From NCBI GenBank assembly GCA_037380845.1, contig JARRRI010000005.1, forward strand, positions 1 to 64,000: DNA of 64,000 nucleotides, read 5' to 3'. Each line of letters opens with the position of its first letter. Within the stretch, counting starts at the first letter, position 1. The notes under the pieces are model-generated. The model saw only the letters and a program-made list of their open reading frames with translations, searched no databases and was not told where the DNA came from. A program made the translations under genes and the position numbers. This DNA comes from Candidatus Sulfobium sp. (GTDB taxonomy: Bacteria > Nitrospirota > Thermodesulfovibrionia > Thermodesulfovibrionales > UBA6898). Of the stretch, positions 20,651 to 30,297 are shown piece after piece.

Positions 20651-21630
20651 TGAAGAGCGGAAGCAATCTGGAAAGAGTCATAGCAAGCGGCGCGCCGGCT
20701 GTCACAGCCGAACTCGGGCCGCCCATGAGCGCCGATGCCCATGAAGTCATAAAGAAGGCGCAGTTGCTGAAGGGCTTCTGCGATGCGGCAAACGTGACGG
20801 ACTGCCAGACGGCAGTGGTCAGGATATCGAGTATCGCGGCGGCCGCGATAGCCCTGAGGGAAGGGGTGGAGCCGGTCATGCAGATGACCTGCCGCGACAG
20901 AAACAGGATAGCAATACAGGCCGACCTGCTCGGGGCGGCCGCGCTCGGCCTGAAAAACTGTCTGTGCATTGCCGGCGACCACCAGTCGTTCAGCGCCGCC
21001 GGAAGGCTCAAGGGGCATCCGGGGGCAAAGAACGTCTATGACGTGGACACCCCGCAGCTTCTGGGGATTCTTAAAAAGATGCGGGACGAGGGCAAGCAGG
21101 AGGGCGGCGATCCCCTGGAAGTGCCGCCGAAGTTCTTTATCGGGGCCGCATGGACGCCCATGGGCGACCCCATCGACTTCAGGCCGATCAGGCTTGGCAA
21201 GAAGGTAAATGCGGGGGCCGATTTCATCCAGACCCAGGGCATATACGACATCGAGCTTTTCCGCTCCCAGATGGAGAAGATACGGAACATGGGGCTCCAC
21301 GAGAGGGTTGCGATACTCGGAGGCATAATCGTCCCCAAGAGCGCCATGATGCTCAAATATATGGATTCCTCTGTTGCAGGTGTGACTGTACCGAAATCTC
21401 TCATCGAAAGGATGATGAAGGCCAGGCAGGCTGCCGGGGACGACAAGAAGAAGGCCAGGCAGCTTCAGGAGGCCGAGGGGATCAAGCTCACGGTGGAGCT
21501 TATCCACCAGGTGCTCGAAACCCCGGGCGTCAGGGGCGTGCATATCCAGGCCATCGAGTGGGAGAGCGCCATTGAGGGGATCGTCAAGGAAGCAGGGCTC
21601 TATCCCCGTCCGGATATTCCGGAAGCCTGA
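20650..21630 (+). CDS. metF: Methylene-THF reductase MetF
   Basis: VTAELGPP, NVTD, TCRDRNR, GADFIQTQ. Confidence 0.93.
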   Translation: MKSGSNLERVIASGAPAVTAELGPPMSADAHEVIKKAQLLKGFCDAANVTDCQTAVVRISSIAAAAIALREGVEPVMQMTCRDRNRIAIQADLLGAAALGLKNCLCIAGDHQSFSAAGRLKGHPGAKNVYDVDTPQLLGILKKMRDEGKQEGGDPLEVPPKFFIGAAWTPMGDPIDFRPIRLGKKVNAGADFIQTQGIYDIELFRSQMEKIRNMGLHERVAILGGIIVPKSAMMLKYMDSSVAGVTVPKSLIERMMKARQAAGDDKKKARQLQEAEGIKLTVELIHQVLETPGVRGVHIQAIEWESAIEGIVKEAGLYPRPDIPEA

Positions 21631-21677
21631 GCCGGATTTTTCATAAAGTTACGGCGGGACAAGGGCCCGCCGCTTAG

Positions 21678-22967
21678 TCAGTCTCCGGTTTCAGCCGCCG
21701 GGCCGCCCTTCTTTTTTGCCAGAAGAGGAATGAAAAGCAGAAGGCCGGCGAAGCTTGAGATTGCGGCCACTACGAGTACCATCCCATAGCTGAACCGGTG
21801 GGCGATGTCGCCTGCCGCAAACGCCGCAATGACACTTGAAACCGCCGTTGCCGCGTTGAAATAACCCAGTGCCTCACCTTCTTCAAAGGTGGCGAGCTGG
21901 GCAGTCCAGGCAGTGCCTCCTACAATCAGCGGAGACCAGGCGATGGGGATAAGGATATAGATGACAGGGATCAGCCACGAATTAAAGCCGGTCCTGACAT
22001 ATGCAAGGAGCGAGAGTCCGGCGAGAGAAATGACCGTCATAACTGTTCCGATACCGACTATCCAGCCGTCTCCTATTTTTTCACCCAGGGCGCCGGACGG
22101 TTCATAGGCAAAAATCCCGATCGCCGCTCCGGCCGCGTAGTAAAGTGACGAAGAGCGGTAGGAAATGGCGAAAGTCTCTTTCATCAGGAGTGGAAAAAGC
22201 ACCCCGATGAGCCATGTTGCCAGCATCACGAAGAACCACCCGGCTATGTACAGGCCGAAGGGAGAAAACCACTCCCTGAACTCGCGGTGAAAGATATCCA
22301 GGATTGTTCGCTCATAGACATTCAGCATTGAATAGACCGAGCGCGGCGGCCGGTGCGAACGGCGTTCAAACTCGACTTGCCCCGGCTTGCGGTGAGCTTG
22401 AGGGGCGGGAAGCCCCCTTGCACCCAGTGCCATGCCGGCGACCATCAGGAGTCCGGATATCACAAGGCCCACCTCGGGCCGGGCCTGCAGGTACGAAACG
22501 AGTACCAGTCCCAGGCACTGCCCGATCCCATAGAAGGTCTGCAGCCAGCCGATTCGCGGGTCCCATTCCGGCTTCGGATGGTACTCGACCACGAACATGG
22601 CGGCAACGGTGTTGCTGGCTCCGGAGCCGACTCCCTGGAGGAAGGCCAGGGCCATCCAGAACCATACGGAGCCGGTAAAAGGGAAGAACCCGAGACCGGC
22701 GCCCAGCAGCACGTATCCGGCCAGGTAGACCAGACGGTGGAGGCCGGTGCGGTCGGTGAAGGCCCCGACCAGGGGAGAAAGCAGCTGGCCGAGATAGAAG
22801 AATGCCACAACTGTCCCAACCCTCGCCGCATTTCCGGCCGCATTCACCACGATCGGCATCAGAATGGCTCCCGTTCCGAATACCACGATGCCCTGAAACG
22901 CGTAGCCCAGATACCACGACTCCGAATATCTCGGTAACGACGACAGACGAAGGGAAGGCAATCTCAT
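21678..22967 (-). CDS. MFS transporter
   Basis: About 12 hydrophobic helices, GAFTDRTG motif A. Confidence 0.85.
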   Translation of the reverse strand: MRLPSLRLSSLPRYSESWYLGYAFQGIVVFGTGAILMPIVVNAAGNAARVGTVVAFFYLGQLLSPLVGAFTDRTGLHRLVYLAGYVLLGAGLGFFPFTGSVWFWMALAFLQGVGSGASNTVAAMFVVEYHPKPEWDPRIGWLQTFYGIGQCLGLVLVSYLQARPEVGLVISGLLMVAGMALGARGLPAPQAHRKPGQVEFERRSHRPPRSVYSMLNVYERTILDIFHREFREWFSPFGLYIAGWFFVMLATWLIGVLFPLLMKETFAISYRSSSLYYAAGAAIGIFAYEPSGALGEKIGDGWIVGIGTVMTVISLAGLSLLAYVRTGFNSWLIPVIYILIPIAWSPLIVGGTAWTAQLATFEEGEALGYFNAATAVSSVIAAFAAGDIAHRFSYGMVLVVAAISSFAGLLLFIPLLAKKKGGPAAETGD

Positions 22968-23216
22968 AGACGGTACCTTACCGTGTTCCGGCCTTGCTGT
23001 CCAGGTCTGGGTTGCAGGCGGAATCGGCCACATTTACGCGATATGGTTAACTGAGCGCGGAAACATCCGCGGAAATGGATAGAGTGAAATCCGTATTTCA
23101 TCGTAATCTCCCGTTAACACGGGATGAATTAAGGAAGAGCAGGGGACAGACGGATCTTTCACGAGGGGACTTCGGCAGTCATTCCCACTGTCTGACCCGG
23201 AAAGCTGGAAGTCAGG

Positions 23217-23501
23217 TCATGATTCTATATGACGCCTTTTTTCCTCGAATTCTTCCTTGCCGATCTCTCCCCTGGCGTACCTTTTCTTCAGGATGTTCAG
23301 GGCGCTGTCTTCCCCGGCGCCCGGCGGACTTTTCCGGCGGATCAGGTAGACAATGCCGAAGATGACAAGAATGAGGGCAATCAGCATTATGATGGGCGGC
23401 AGGAACCATCCCATGCGGAAGCCCCATTCGGACATTCCCGGCCCCCAGTCGTAACTGTGCATCTGGATAAACGGCTCCCAAAAAAAGATTGTGCAATTCA
23501 T
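23217..23501 (-). CDS. SHOCT-domain small membrane protein (start may be 23462)
   Basis: TM helix plus ALNILKKRYARGEIGKEEFEE. Confidence 0.85.
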   Translation of the reverse strand: MNCTIFFWEPFIQMHSYDWGPGMSEWGFRMGWFLPPIIMLIALILVIFGIVYLIRRKSPPGAGEDSALNILKKRYARGEIGKEEFEEKRRHIES

Positions 23502-23775
23502 TTTTCTCTCCCTCTTCGACCACTGCCTTCACAGCGGTCCATAGGCAAAATCGATTATCCGTATCTCAACTCTATCACAAAAGAAGCGACACGTGAAGGG
23601 GGCGGTTTAAGTGTCCTCCCTCCTCAGACTCGATAAGAAAGCCCGGGCGACAAGAGGATTGGCGGCAAAGGGCGGCAAACCCGGTTCGTGTACAACATAT
23701 TGGGCTTTCGATCGACTTTTCCGTTGCACCGGCATCCTGAAGGGAATTTTAAGAACATGAATTTGTTCTGTGACC

Positions 23776-24387
23776 TTACTCGACATGACCGACGCCATGT
23801 TCGGGGCGTGCCTGAATCTTGCTGTACAGTCCGTGGACATATATAACGTATTTGACGTATGCGTCAACCCACTGACGCCCGGCTTCAACGGTCTCCCCCT
23901 TGTACTTCTTCTTTGCGTAAAGAGCTTTTTGAAACCACTTCCGTGTTTCTTTCCGCATTTCCAGGGATAACAGGTCGGTGAGTTGAGCTAGGTTGCCGGT
24001 TTCCAACGCCTTTTCGGCCATAGCGATATCCGAAGGCAAGGGTTGCGCCGGTTTAAGACCGGTATATTTCATGCCTTCAGCCTCTCTGTGAAGTCGCACT
24101 GCGGTTTCCATAAAGTAATGCTGAGCAAGTGCCCCTGCTTTGCCGCCCATTTTGTACACAGCGAAAGCCTTACCGAAACTTGCCCGCAGCTCCTGTTCCT
24201 GCCCCTCTCCAACCCATATGGCAATGGTATCAAAGTTTCCCGACTCCAATGCTTTTCGGGCGGCTGCCGCCACCGGGCCGCTTTCTGTATCGCAGTGCGC
24301 CCAAACCGCAGGCGGCAAAGTAATGAATAGAACCGCAATCGCCGCCAGGGGAAGAAACAACCTCCTGGGATTACTATTCTTAGGCAT
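23776..24387 (-). CDS. Secreted DUF6448-like protein
   Basis: Signal peptide then HCDTESGPV...FMETAVRLHR...YTGLKPA; SD AGGAG. Confidence 0.8.
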   Translation of the reverse strand: MPKNSNPRRLFLPLAAIAVLFITLPPAVWAHCDTESGPVAAAARKALESGNFDTIAIWVGEGQEQELRASFGKAFAVYKMGGKAGALAQHYFMETAVRLHREAEGMKYTGLKPAQPLPSDIAMAEKALETGNLAQLTDLLSLEMRKETRKWFQKALYAKKKYKGETVEAGRQWVDAYVKYVIYVHGLYSKIQARPEHGVGHVE

Positions 24388-24548
24388 TTAAATTTCTCCT
24401 TTTGTGATTTTTCTTACACCCTCGTTAACCCGACCCACAGTGTCCGGTATCAACCGGCTTACGCCTTATCTCTTTATATTTATATGGAGTTGAGAAATAT
24501 ATTTTTTCTATTCGTCATTTAATGCCTTTATTTATATTTTTTGTGGTG

Positions 24549-24598
24549 GCCGAACACGCAGTTCTGCCGTGTTTATCGGCAGAAACTGCTAGTTGGGT
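24549..24598 (-). mobile_element. Integron attC-like recombination site
   Basis: Minus strand ACCCAAC-TAGCA-GTTTCTGC...GCAGAAC-TGCGT-GTTCGGC: R boxes, L boxes with one extra base; lies just 3' of a co-oriented ORF. Confidence 0.5.
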
Positions 24599-24657
24599 CA
24601 GCTATTGAGTTTTTTAGAGCGTCCCGCTTCACACATTTAAGCCGCTACGGTTCAGGT

Positions 24658-25402
24658 TTAAAAGAAACTTACCCGATATTTTACATGACAGTGCTTGATC
24701 CAGACCGAATTTGAGAACCCGGTAAGCGAGGTACCGAAACCTGATTTTCCTATCGCCGAATTACTCGTCGCAGTGAGGCTTACTTGGCCGTCACCTAGAA
24801 AATGCGTAAAGCACCTCGCATGTGCCGCCGATTCTCGCACGCCATATTTCCTGTAAAAGCGATGACTACCTGTTACGATATCCGGCTCTGGATAAAGATT
24901 GCTTGTCTCTGTCCAATGGTACCCAGCTTCAAGGTGACGTCCCTCAATCACTTCACCTGATCGAGTCTCGGCAGGTCCACCCCCCCAGGGATATCTCCTT
25001 CACTAATCGGGCATCAGCTCCTGCAAGACCAAAAAAGGCACGAGCTACGTGACTATCAAGTTCATGCGGCAAAATATACCAGTACCACGTTGGCAGAGAT
25101 CTTGATGTCCCGGGGAGTGGAGCGATTACTTCATGCGGCCCCTCAATTTCGATCCAAATGTGAGACATTCCCAGTGAACCCACATTTATCAAACAATCTA
25201 AGACCATTTTTTTACATTCCTGCACCATGACAAGTAACAATGCTTTTCCATTGTCATGGATTTTAACTTTCCACTTTGAGGGAACATTGCGCTGTGCAAT
25301 ATCGGGATCTACGTAGTATCTGGAGAACATCTCCTTAACATCGTAAATGTCCATTAGACTGGGAATCGTAATAATTCCGGGGCTCACTGTAATATCATCC
25401 AT
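24658..25402 (-). pseudogene. Hypothetical gene split by a frameshift at a G7 tract
   Basis: Removing one G of the run at 24980-24986 joins ORF 24953..25402 to ORF 24658..24951 with no stop. Confidence 0.6.
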
Positions 25403-25644
25403 TGCAATTGGGGGAATTGAAAGTCCTCATTCGAATTGATCCTCACCTCAGGATGGCAGGATAGGGTCAGGTGAGTGATATGCCGGATTTGGCCTGGAAT
25501 GAAATCGAACTTTACCATAGCCTTTCCTTTCACAATTAAATCACCACAGATCAACTCTACCTTTTCCTCGGAAATGTCCAATTCTTGGTTGGCCCCTTTT
25601 TTTGCATACAAGCTTTCAATTTCTTTTTGTTCTTGAGCGGTCAT
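25384..25644 (-). CDS. Hypothetical protein or gene fragment in AT-richer patch
   Basis: Open frame only; no motif recognised. Confidence 0.3.
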   Translation of the reverse strand: MTAQEQKEIESLYAKKGANQELDISEEKVELICGDLIVKGKAMVKFDFIPGQIRHITHLTLSCHPEVRINSNEDFQFPQLQWMILQ

Positions 25645-25869
25645 AATGAAATTCTGTGTTATCCTAAACGACTGAGGTCCTCAAATTTGTCAGCATCCAG
25701 TTTTAACTAAGACCAAATAATGAGCCTCCATCTCGCTATTAATTCCAGATACGGAATGTAAGATTCCTGTAAAATCATCTTTAACAGCGGATAGAAAAGC
25801 GTCTATGGGGTCAGATCTTTCTTCTTGCATCGATGGTTTGATTCACCTTCCTGCTAATTGTATAGGGGG

Positions 25870-26493
25870 CTATGGCTGGTAGGCCGACTTGTCTCCGATA
25901 TCGAAGGCGACGGGCATGAAAATCTTTCTCAGCATGAAGAAGAAGAGCATGACAGCGATTAACATCAGTCCGAATATCGCAGCGCCGGGAGACAATGCGC
26001 CTACTGCATAGAAGAAGAGGTAGGCTGGCATGATGACCGCCAGCAGATATCCCTCAAAAAGCCTGAAACAGAATGCCTCCTTGGCAGTGACGAACCCCAG
26101 GCAGAGGGAAATCGGTATCAGGAGCAGCGAGCTGATAGGGGGAGTTCTGAAAAGAGGTATCACCGGGTTACCGTTTCCGATCAGGAACAAGACTGCCAGA
26201 CATCCCACCGCAACATAGTATATCTTCTTGAGAATCCTGTGAAACTTTCCAACATAGAGATGGATGAAAAATACGCTCAGCCCGACACCGAAATACAGAA
26301 TAAGAAGAAGCACATTGAGGGTCAGGCCGGATGCCACCCACGGATAAGCTTCCGGATCGCCCCTTCCGACTTCCAGGGCCAGATATCCGCAGATGGCTAT
26401 GACCAGCGTCGACAGAAATATCCCTGCCCTGTAAAGTATTACAGTTATCCTGTCCTCTCTCGTAAGAGGCTGAAAATATGCCTTTTCCCCCAT
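25870..26493 (-). CDS. DUF2301-like integral membrane protein
   Basis: FIHLY, AKEAFCF, DIGDKS motifs. Confidence 0.8.
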   Translation of the reverse strand: MGEKAYFQPLTREDRITVILYRAGIFLSTLVIAICGYLALEVGRGDPEAYPWVASGLTLNVLLLILYFGVGLSVFFIHLYVGKFHRILKKIYYVAVGCLAVLFLIGNGNPVIPLFRTPPISSLLLIPISLCLGFVTAKEAFCFRLFEGYLLAVIMPAYLFFYAVGALSPGAAIFGLMLIAVMLFFFMLRKIFMPVAFDIGDKSAYQP

Positions 26494-26583
26494 GGCTTAA
26501 TAACAAGTATACCATTAAGACCACTGCTCAGGATAGCCCACGTATATCGTTTCGTATCGATTTCTGTTTGAGGCAACAGGGCC

Positions 26584-26791
26584 CACTGCAGAGACGCAAA
26601 GTTCGCAGAGATCAATAAGTATTTGTTTCCCGCTGAGAGGCCGGAAAACAAATAATAACTCTGTCTTGTATTATCACAATTGGCCTCTCTCTTACCAGCA
26701 AGGAGTATTTTGACTGCAGTTTATAGATTTCTGCCCCTCTCGGCAGAAATCTATAAATCAGCCTCTCTGCGACTTCTGCGTCTCTGCGGTG
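26584..26791. repeat. Second copy of CCGCAGAGACGCAGAG-armed palindromic element
   Basis: About 28-bp imperfect terminal IR; internal hairpins 26620-26654 and 26720-26757. Confidence 0.75.
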
Positions 26792-26893
26792 AAATGTTTC
26801 TTTCGGTCTTGAACGATTATTCGGCAATGATGACATTTCTTCCGGGAGGCGGTTATAATCTGCGTAGACATATTTCATGTGAAGGAGAGGTAA

Positions 26894-27694
26894 ATGCGGA
26901 AGACTACGGTTCAGGACTTCCTGAAGATGAAATCGGAGGGGAAAAAGATTACCATGCTCACGGCGTACGATTATCCCTTTGCGCGGATCCTGGACGAGGC
27001 AGGGATTGACGGTATCCTGGTGGGAGATTCTCTTGGGATGGTGGTGCAGGGCCTTGAAAACACCCTTCCGGTTACGATGGACGAGATGGTCTATCATACC
27101 AAAATGGTTTCACGCGCTGTGCATAAGGCGCTGGTAATAGGAGATATGCCTTTCATGTCATACCAGGCCGGCGTCGGGGAAGCGGTGAAGAACGCCGGAC
27201 GGTTCCTGAAGGAGGCCGGGGCCACGGCAGTAAAGCTTGAAGGCGGGGCCGAGGCGGCGGAGCAGGTGAGGGCGATGACGAAATCTGACATCCCCGTTAT
27301 GGCCCATATCGGTCTTACGCCCCAGTCTGTCCACAGGATGGGTGGATATAAAGTGCAGGGCAAGACCGACGAGGCGGCGAAGCGGCTGATCGAGGAGGCC
27401 CGCATCCTGGAAGATGCCGGCGCCTTTTCGCTGCTGCTCGAGGCCATCCCGATGGACCTGGCAAAGAGGATTACGGCCGAGCTTTCCATACCCACCATAG
27501 GCATCGGAGCGGGGCCTCACTGCGACGGACAGGTCCTGGTGCTCCATGACGTGATCGGCATGTTCGAAAGGTTTGTACCCAAGTTCGTGAGGCGATATGC
27601 CAATATCAAGGAAGAGGCCCTGCGCGCCGTCACGGAGTACAAGGAAGATGTCGAGAAGGGGGAATTCCCCTCGGACAAGGAAAGCTTCAAGTAG
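26894..27694 (+). CDS. panB: 3-methyl-2-oxobutanoate hydroxymethyltransferase
   Basis: LTAYD, LVGDSLG, DMPF, KLEGG, HIGLTPQ. Confidence 0.97.
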   Translation: MRKTTVQDFLKMKSEGKKITMLTAYDYPFARILDEAGIDGILVGDSLGMVVQGLENTLPVTMDEMVYHTKMVSRAVHKALVIGDMPFMSYQAGVGEAVKNAGRFLKEAGATAVKLEGGAEAAEQVRAMTKSDIPVMAHIGLTPQSVHRMGGYKVQGKTDEAAKRLIEEARILEDAGAFSLLLEAIPMDLAKRITAELSIPTIGIGAGPHCDGQVLVLHDVIGMFERFVPKFVRRYANIKEEALRAVTEYKEDVEKGEFPSDKESFK

Positions 27695-27705
27695 ACCTTA
27701 AGCCC

Positions 27706-27737
27706 TGGATTCCCGACTACTACCTCCGGAATGACGA
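27706..27737. repeat. Half copy of TGGATTCCCG...GGAATGAC repeat
   Basis: TGGATTCCCGACTACTACCTCCGGAATGACGA, without the 20-bp insert. Confidence 0.65.
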
Positions 27738-27811
27738 ACTGAAATGCAACGGAGCCCTTGCTGAATGATCGTCTTCTGAAGCCGGGAGGTTTAGTCTGCA
27801 TCTGTCTGCGG

Positions 27812-29146
27812 CTAATTGCCGTTCTTAGGTTCGCCGGCATTTTCAGTCTCGGGCTCCGGCTCGGGGACAGGCTCCGCCTTTACCTTCAGGATTCGCCTCC
27901 CCTTCATGCCCACTATGGTGAATTTGTTCGTGTCGGTGCTGTAACTGTCTCCGACCAGCGGTATCCTCTGGAGGTGCGAAAGAAGAAAGCCACCGACGGT
28001 ATCGTATTCGTTTGATTCGGGGATATCGAATTTGTAATCTTCGTTCAGATCCCGTACGGCCAGTGAGGCGTCGATAAGCATCGCTCCGTCTTTCAATATC
28101 TGGACCGGACTTTCGGTGTCATACTCGTCCCTGATTTCCCCGACGATCTCCTCGATCAGATCCTCGATCGTTACAAGGCCGGCGACGGCCCCGTATTCAT
28201 CCACCACGATCGCCATGTGCTGTCTCTTCTTCTGCATCTCCCTCATGAGAGCGCTTATCTTCATGGTCTCCGGCACGAAGAGGGCGGAATGAAGCAGCCT
28301 GGGAATGACTATCTCCCTCTTATAGGCAAGTTCGTTGAACACGTCCTTGTTATAGAGTATCCCCTTGATATCGGCCTTGTCCCTGTCATAGACGGGATAT
28401 CTGGAAAAGTTTTCTTCCGATATCGTCTTGATGACCGTCTCGGGAGATTCCCTGATACTGAAAGCGACCATCGCCGTAACAGGCACCATTACTCCCTTAA
28501 CCGAAATGTCGGCGAAACGGAAAACGCTGTGGATGAGCTCGTGTTCGGTTGCCTCGAATATGCCCCGGTCCGTGCCTTCTTCGATCAGCAGCTTGATCTC
28601 CTCCTCGCTGATGAACGACCTCTCCGAAAATGCCCTGGCACCGAAGGGCCTGAGAAATATGTTGCTGCTGGCGGTGAGTATGTTCACAAAGAACGACGTT
28701 ATCCTGGAGATAAAAGAAAGCGGCCTGGCGACAAACAGCCCGACTTTCTCCGGGTTCCTGAGCGCAATGGATTTCGGCACCAGCTCACCGATGATGAGGG
28801 AAAAGTAGGAAATGACGACTACCACCATGCCTATCGAAATGGCTGCGGCAGCGTGGGCTACGAAGGGGATGGGAACCCTGGCGATGATGGGCTCGATGGT
28901 TTTTGCCGAGGCGGCGCCTCCTATTGCCGACGCAAGGGCCCCCATTACCGTCACCCCTATCTGGACGGTGGCAAAGAACCTGTCCGGTTCCGACTGGAGG
29001 TGGAGCAGTTTGTCAGCCCGCCCGCTCCCCTTCTCGGCGAGGTTTCTGATGTAAGACTTACGGGACGTTACGACGGCTATCTCGGAGGCAGCGAAGAAGC
29101 CGTTCAACACCAGGAACACGAGGATGAAAAATATTTCAAGTGTCAT
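27812..29146 (-). CDS. HlyC/CorC (CNNM-CBS-CorC) family transporter
   Basis: [31 protein letters not shown]. Confidence 0.93.
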   Translation of the reverse strand: MTLEIFFILVFLVLNGFFAASEIAVVTSRKSYIRNLAEKGSGRADKLLHLQSEPDRFFATVQIGVTVMGALASAIGGAASAKTIEPIIARVPIPFVAHAAAAISIGMVVVVISYFSLIIGELVPKSIALRNPEKVGLFVARPLSFISRITSFFVNILTASSNIFLRPFGARAFSERSFISEEEIKLLIEEGTDRGIFEATEHELIHSVFRFADISVKGVMVPVTAMVAFSIRESPETVIKTISEENFSRYPVYDRDKADIKGILYNKDVFNELAYKREIVIPRLLHSALFVPETMKISALMREMQKKRQHMAIVVDEYGAVAGLVTIEDLIEEIVGEIRDEYDTESPVQILKDGAMLIDASLAVRDLNEDYKFDIPESNEYDTVGGFLLSHLQRIPLVGDSYSTDTNKFTIVGMKGRRILKVKAEPVPEPEPETENAGEPKNGN

Positions 29147-29269
29147 CAGTTGTCCTAACTATTATACATAATTAAAAAATGAAACAAAATCCGCCCCTGC
29201 CAATGGAAAGTCCGGATTGGTGTCTTGTGCATAAATTCCTTTTCACCGAAAGATCTATATATTTCTTTG

Positions 29270-29391
29270 CCGTCGTTTCCGAGATGGTAACCGGAATCCA
29301 TTTATTTCTGAAAACATGGAATCCCATGAAAACAAATTTTTCCACTCTGTCCTGAAAATGGATTCTCGCCTGAGGACTGCGGAAATGACGG
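29270..29391. repeat. Diverged copy of GTCATTCC/GGAATGAC repeat
   Basis: CCGTCGTTTCCG...GGAATCCA ... TGGATTCTCG...CGGAAATGACGG. Confidence 0.6.
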
Positions 29392-29462
29392 TTTTGGAGT
29401 CCAGTTCAGGGTCAATGAGAGCGGGAAACTCCAGAGACGTGCCGAATGTTCCAGGCTCCAGA

Positions 29463-30191
29463 CTAATCTCCGAGGTCTCCCAGCCGGTATTGGACTATGC
29501 CCAGTGCGACTATCGCAGCCGTCTCGGCCCTGAGGATTCTCCTGCCGAGGGTAGCGACCGCAAATCCTTTTCCTCTTGCGGCACGGACCTCCTCTTCGGA
29601 AAACCCTCCTTCCGGACCGGTAAAGAGTTCTATCATTCCCTGTCCCCGGAGTTGTCCGACCACCGTCGAAAGCTTTTCCCCTCCCTCTTCCCAGAACATG
29701 ATGCCGTCCCCCGAGACGGGCCGCTCGCTGAAGACGCTCTCAATATCGACAGGATCACGGACCGCTGGAATGTGTGACCGTCCCGACTGTCTCGATGCCT
29801 CCTGAGCTATCTTTTGCCATCGTGCGCGTTTTCGCGTTTCTCTGACCTGGCTCCTTTCTGTAATTACCGGTACGATCTCGCTCACGCCGAGTTCGGTCGC
29901 CTTCTGAATGACAAGGTCCATCCTGTCCCCTTTGAGGAGGCCCTGAAGGAGTGTTATTCCGAGCGGCGACTCGGTGTCCGCCGCCCTCCCGGTTCCCGTT
30001 ATTTCTATCGTGACCTCCCTCTTGGTCGCGCGAACGATGCTTCCCGAATAGACCCTGGACCGGCTGTCGCCGACTGTTATTTGATCGCCGGCCCGGCACC
30101 GGAGGACGGTGGCAAGGTATCTGGCATCTTCCCCGGTCACCGATACGAGGCCGGCTTCGATTTCCGGGAGGGGGAGAAAAATCCTGGGCAT
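29463..30191 (-). CDS. rsmE: 16S rRNA m3U1498 methyltransferase
   Basis: QKATELG, GPEGGF, LGRRILRAETA. Confidence 0.95.
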   Translation of the reverse strand: MPRIFLPLPEIEAGLVSVTGEDARYLATVLRCRAGDQITVGDSRSRVYSGSIVRATKREVTIEITGTGRAADTESPLGITLLQGLLKGDRMDLVIQKATELGVSEIVPVITERSQVRETRKRARWQKIAQEASRQSGRSHIPAVRDPVDIESVFSERPVSGDGIMFWEEGGEKLSTVVGQLRGQGMIELFTGPEGGFSEEEVRAARGKGFAVATLGRRILRAETAAIVALGIVQYRLGDLGD

Positions 30192-30297
30192 CAGAAGGCG
30201 GGAAAGCGTGCACCCCTGCCTGGGCGACGAATAGATATTTTCAGTACGGGCCGGCCGGCTTCACACATCCGGACCCCCGAAGGAGTGCAAAAAGATT

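Noticed and set aside
20648..20652. Sec readthrough at metV and other TGA stops
   Set aside because: These TGAs are at normal protein ends or overlap the next ATG, not at conserved Cys positions.
24388..24480. Possible metal riboswitch upstream of the DUF6448-like gene
   Set aside because: No recognisable consensus; would need an Rfam scan.
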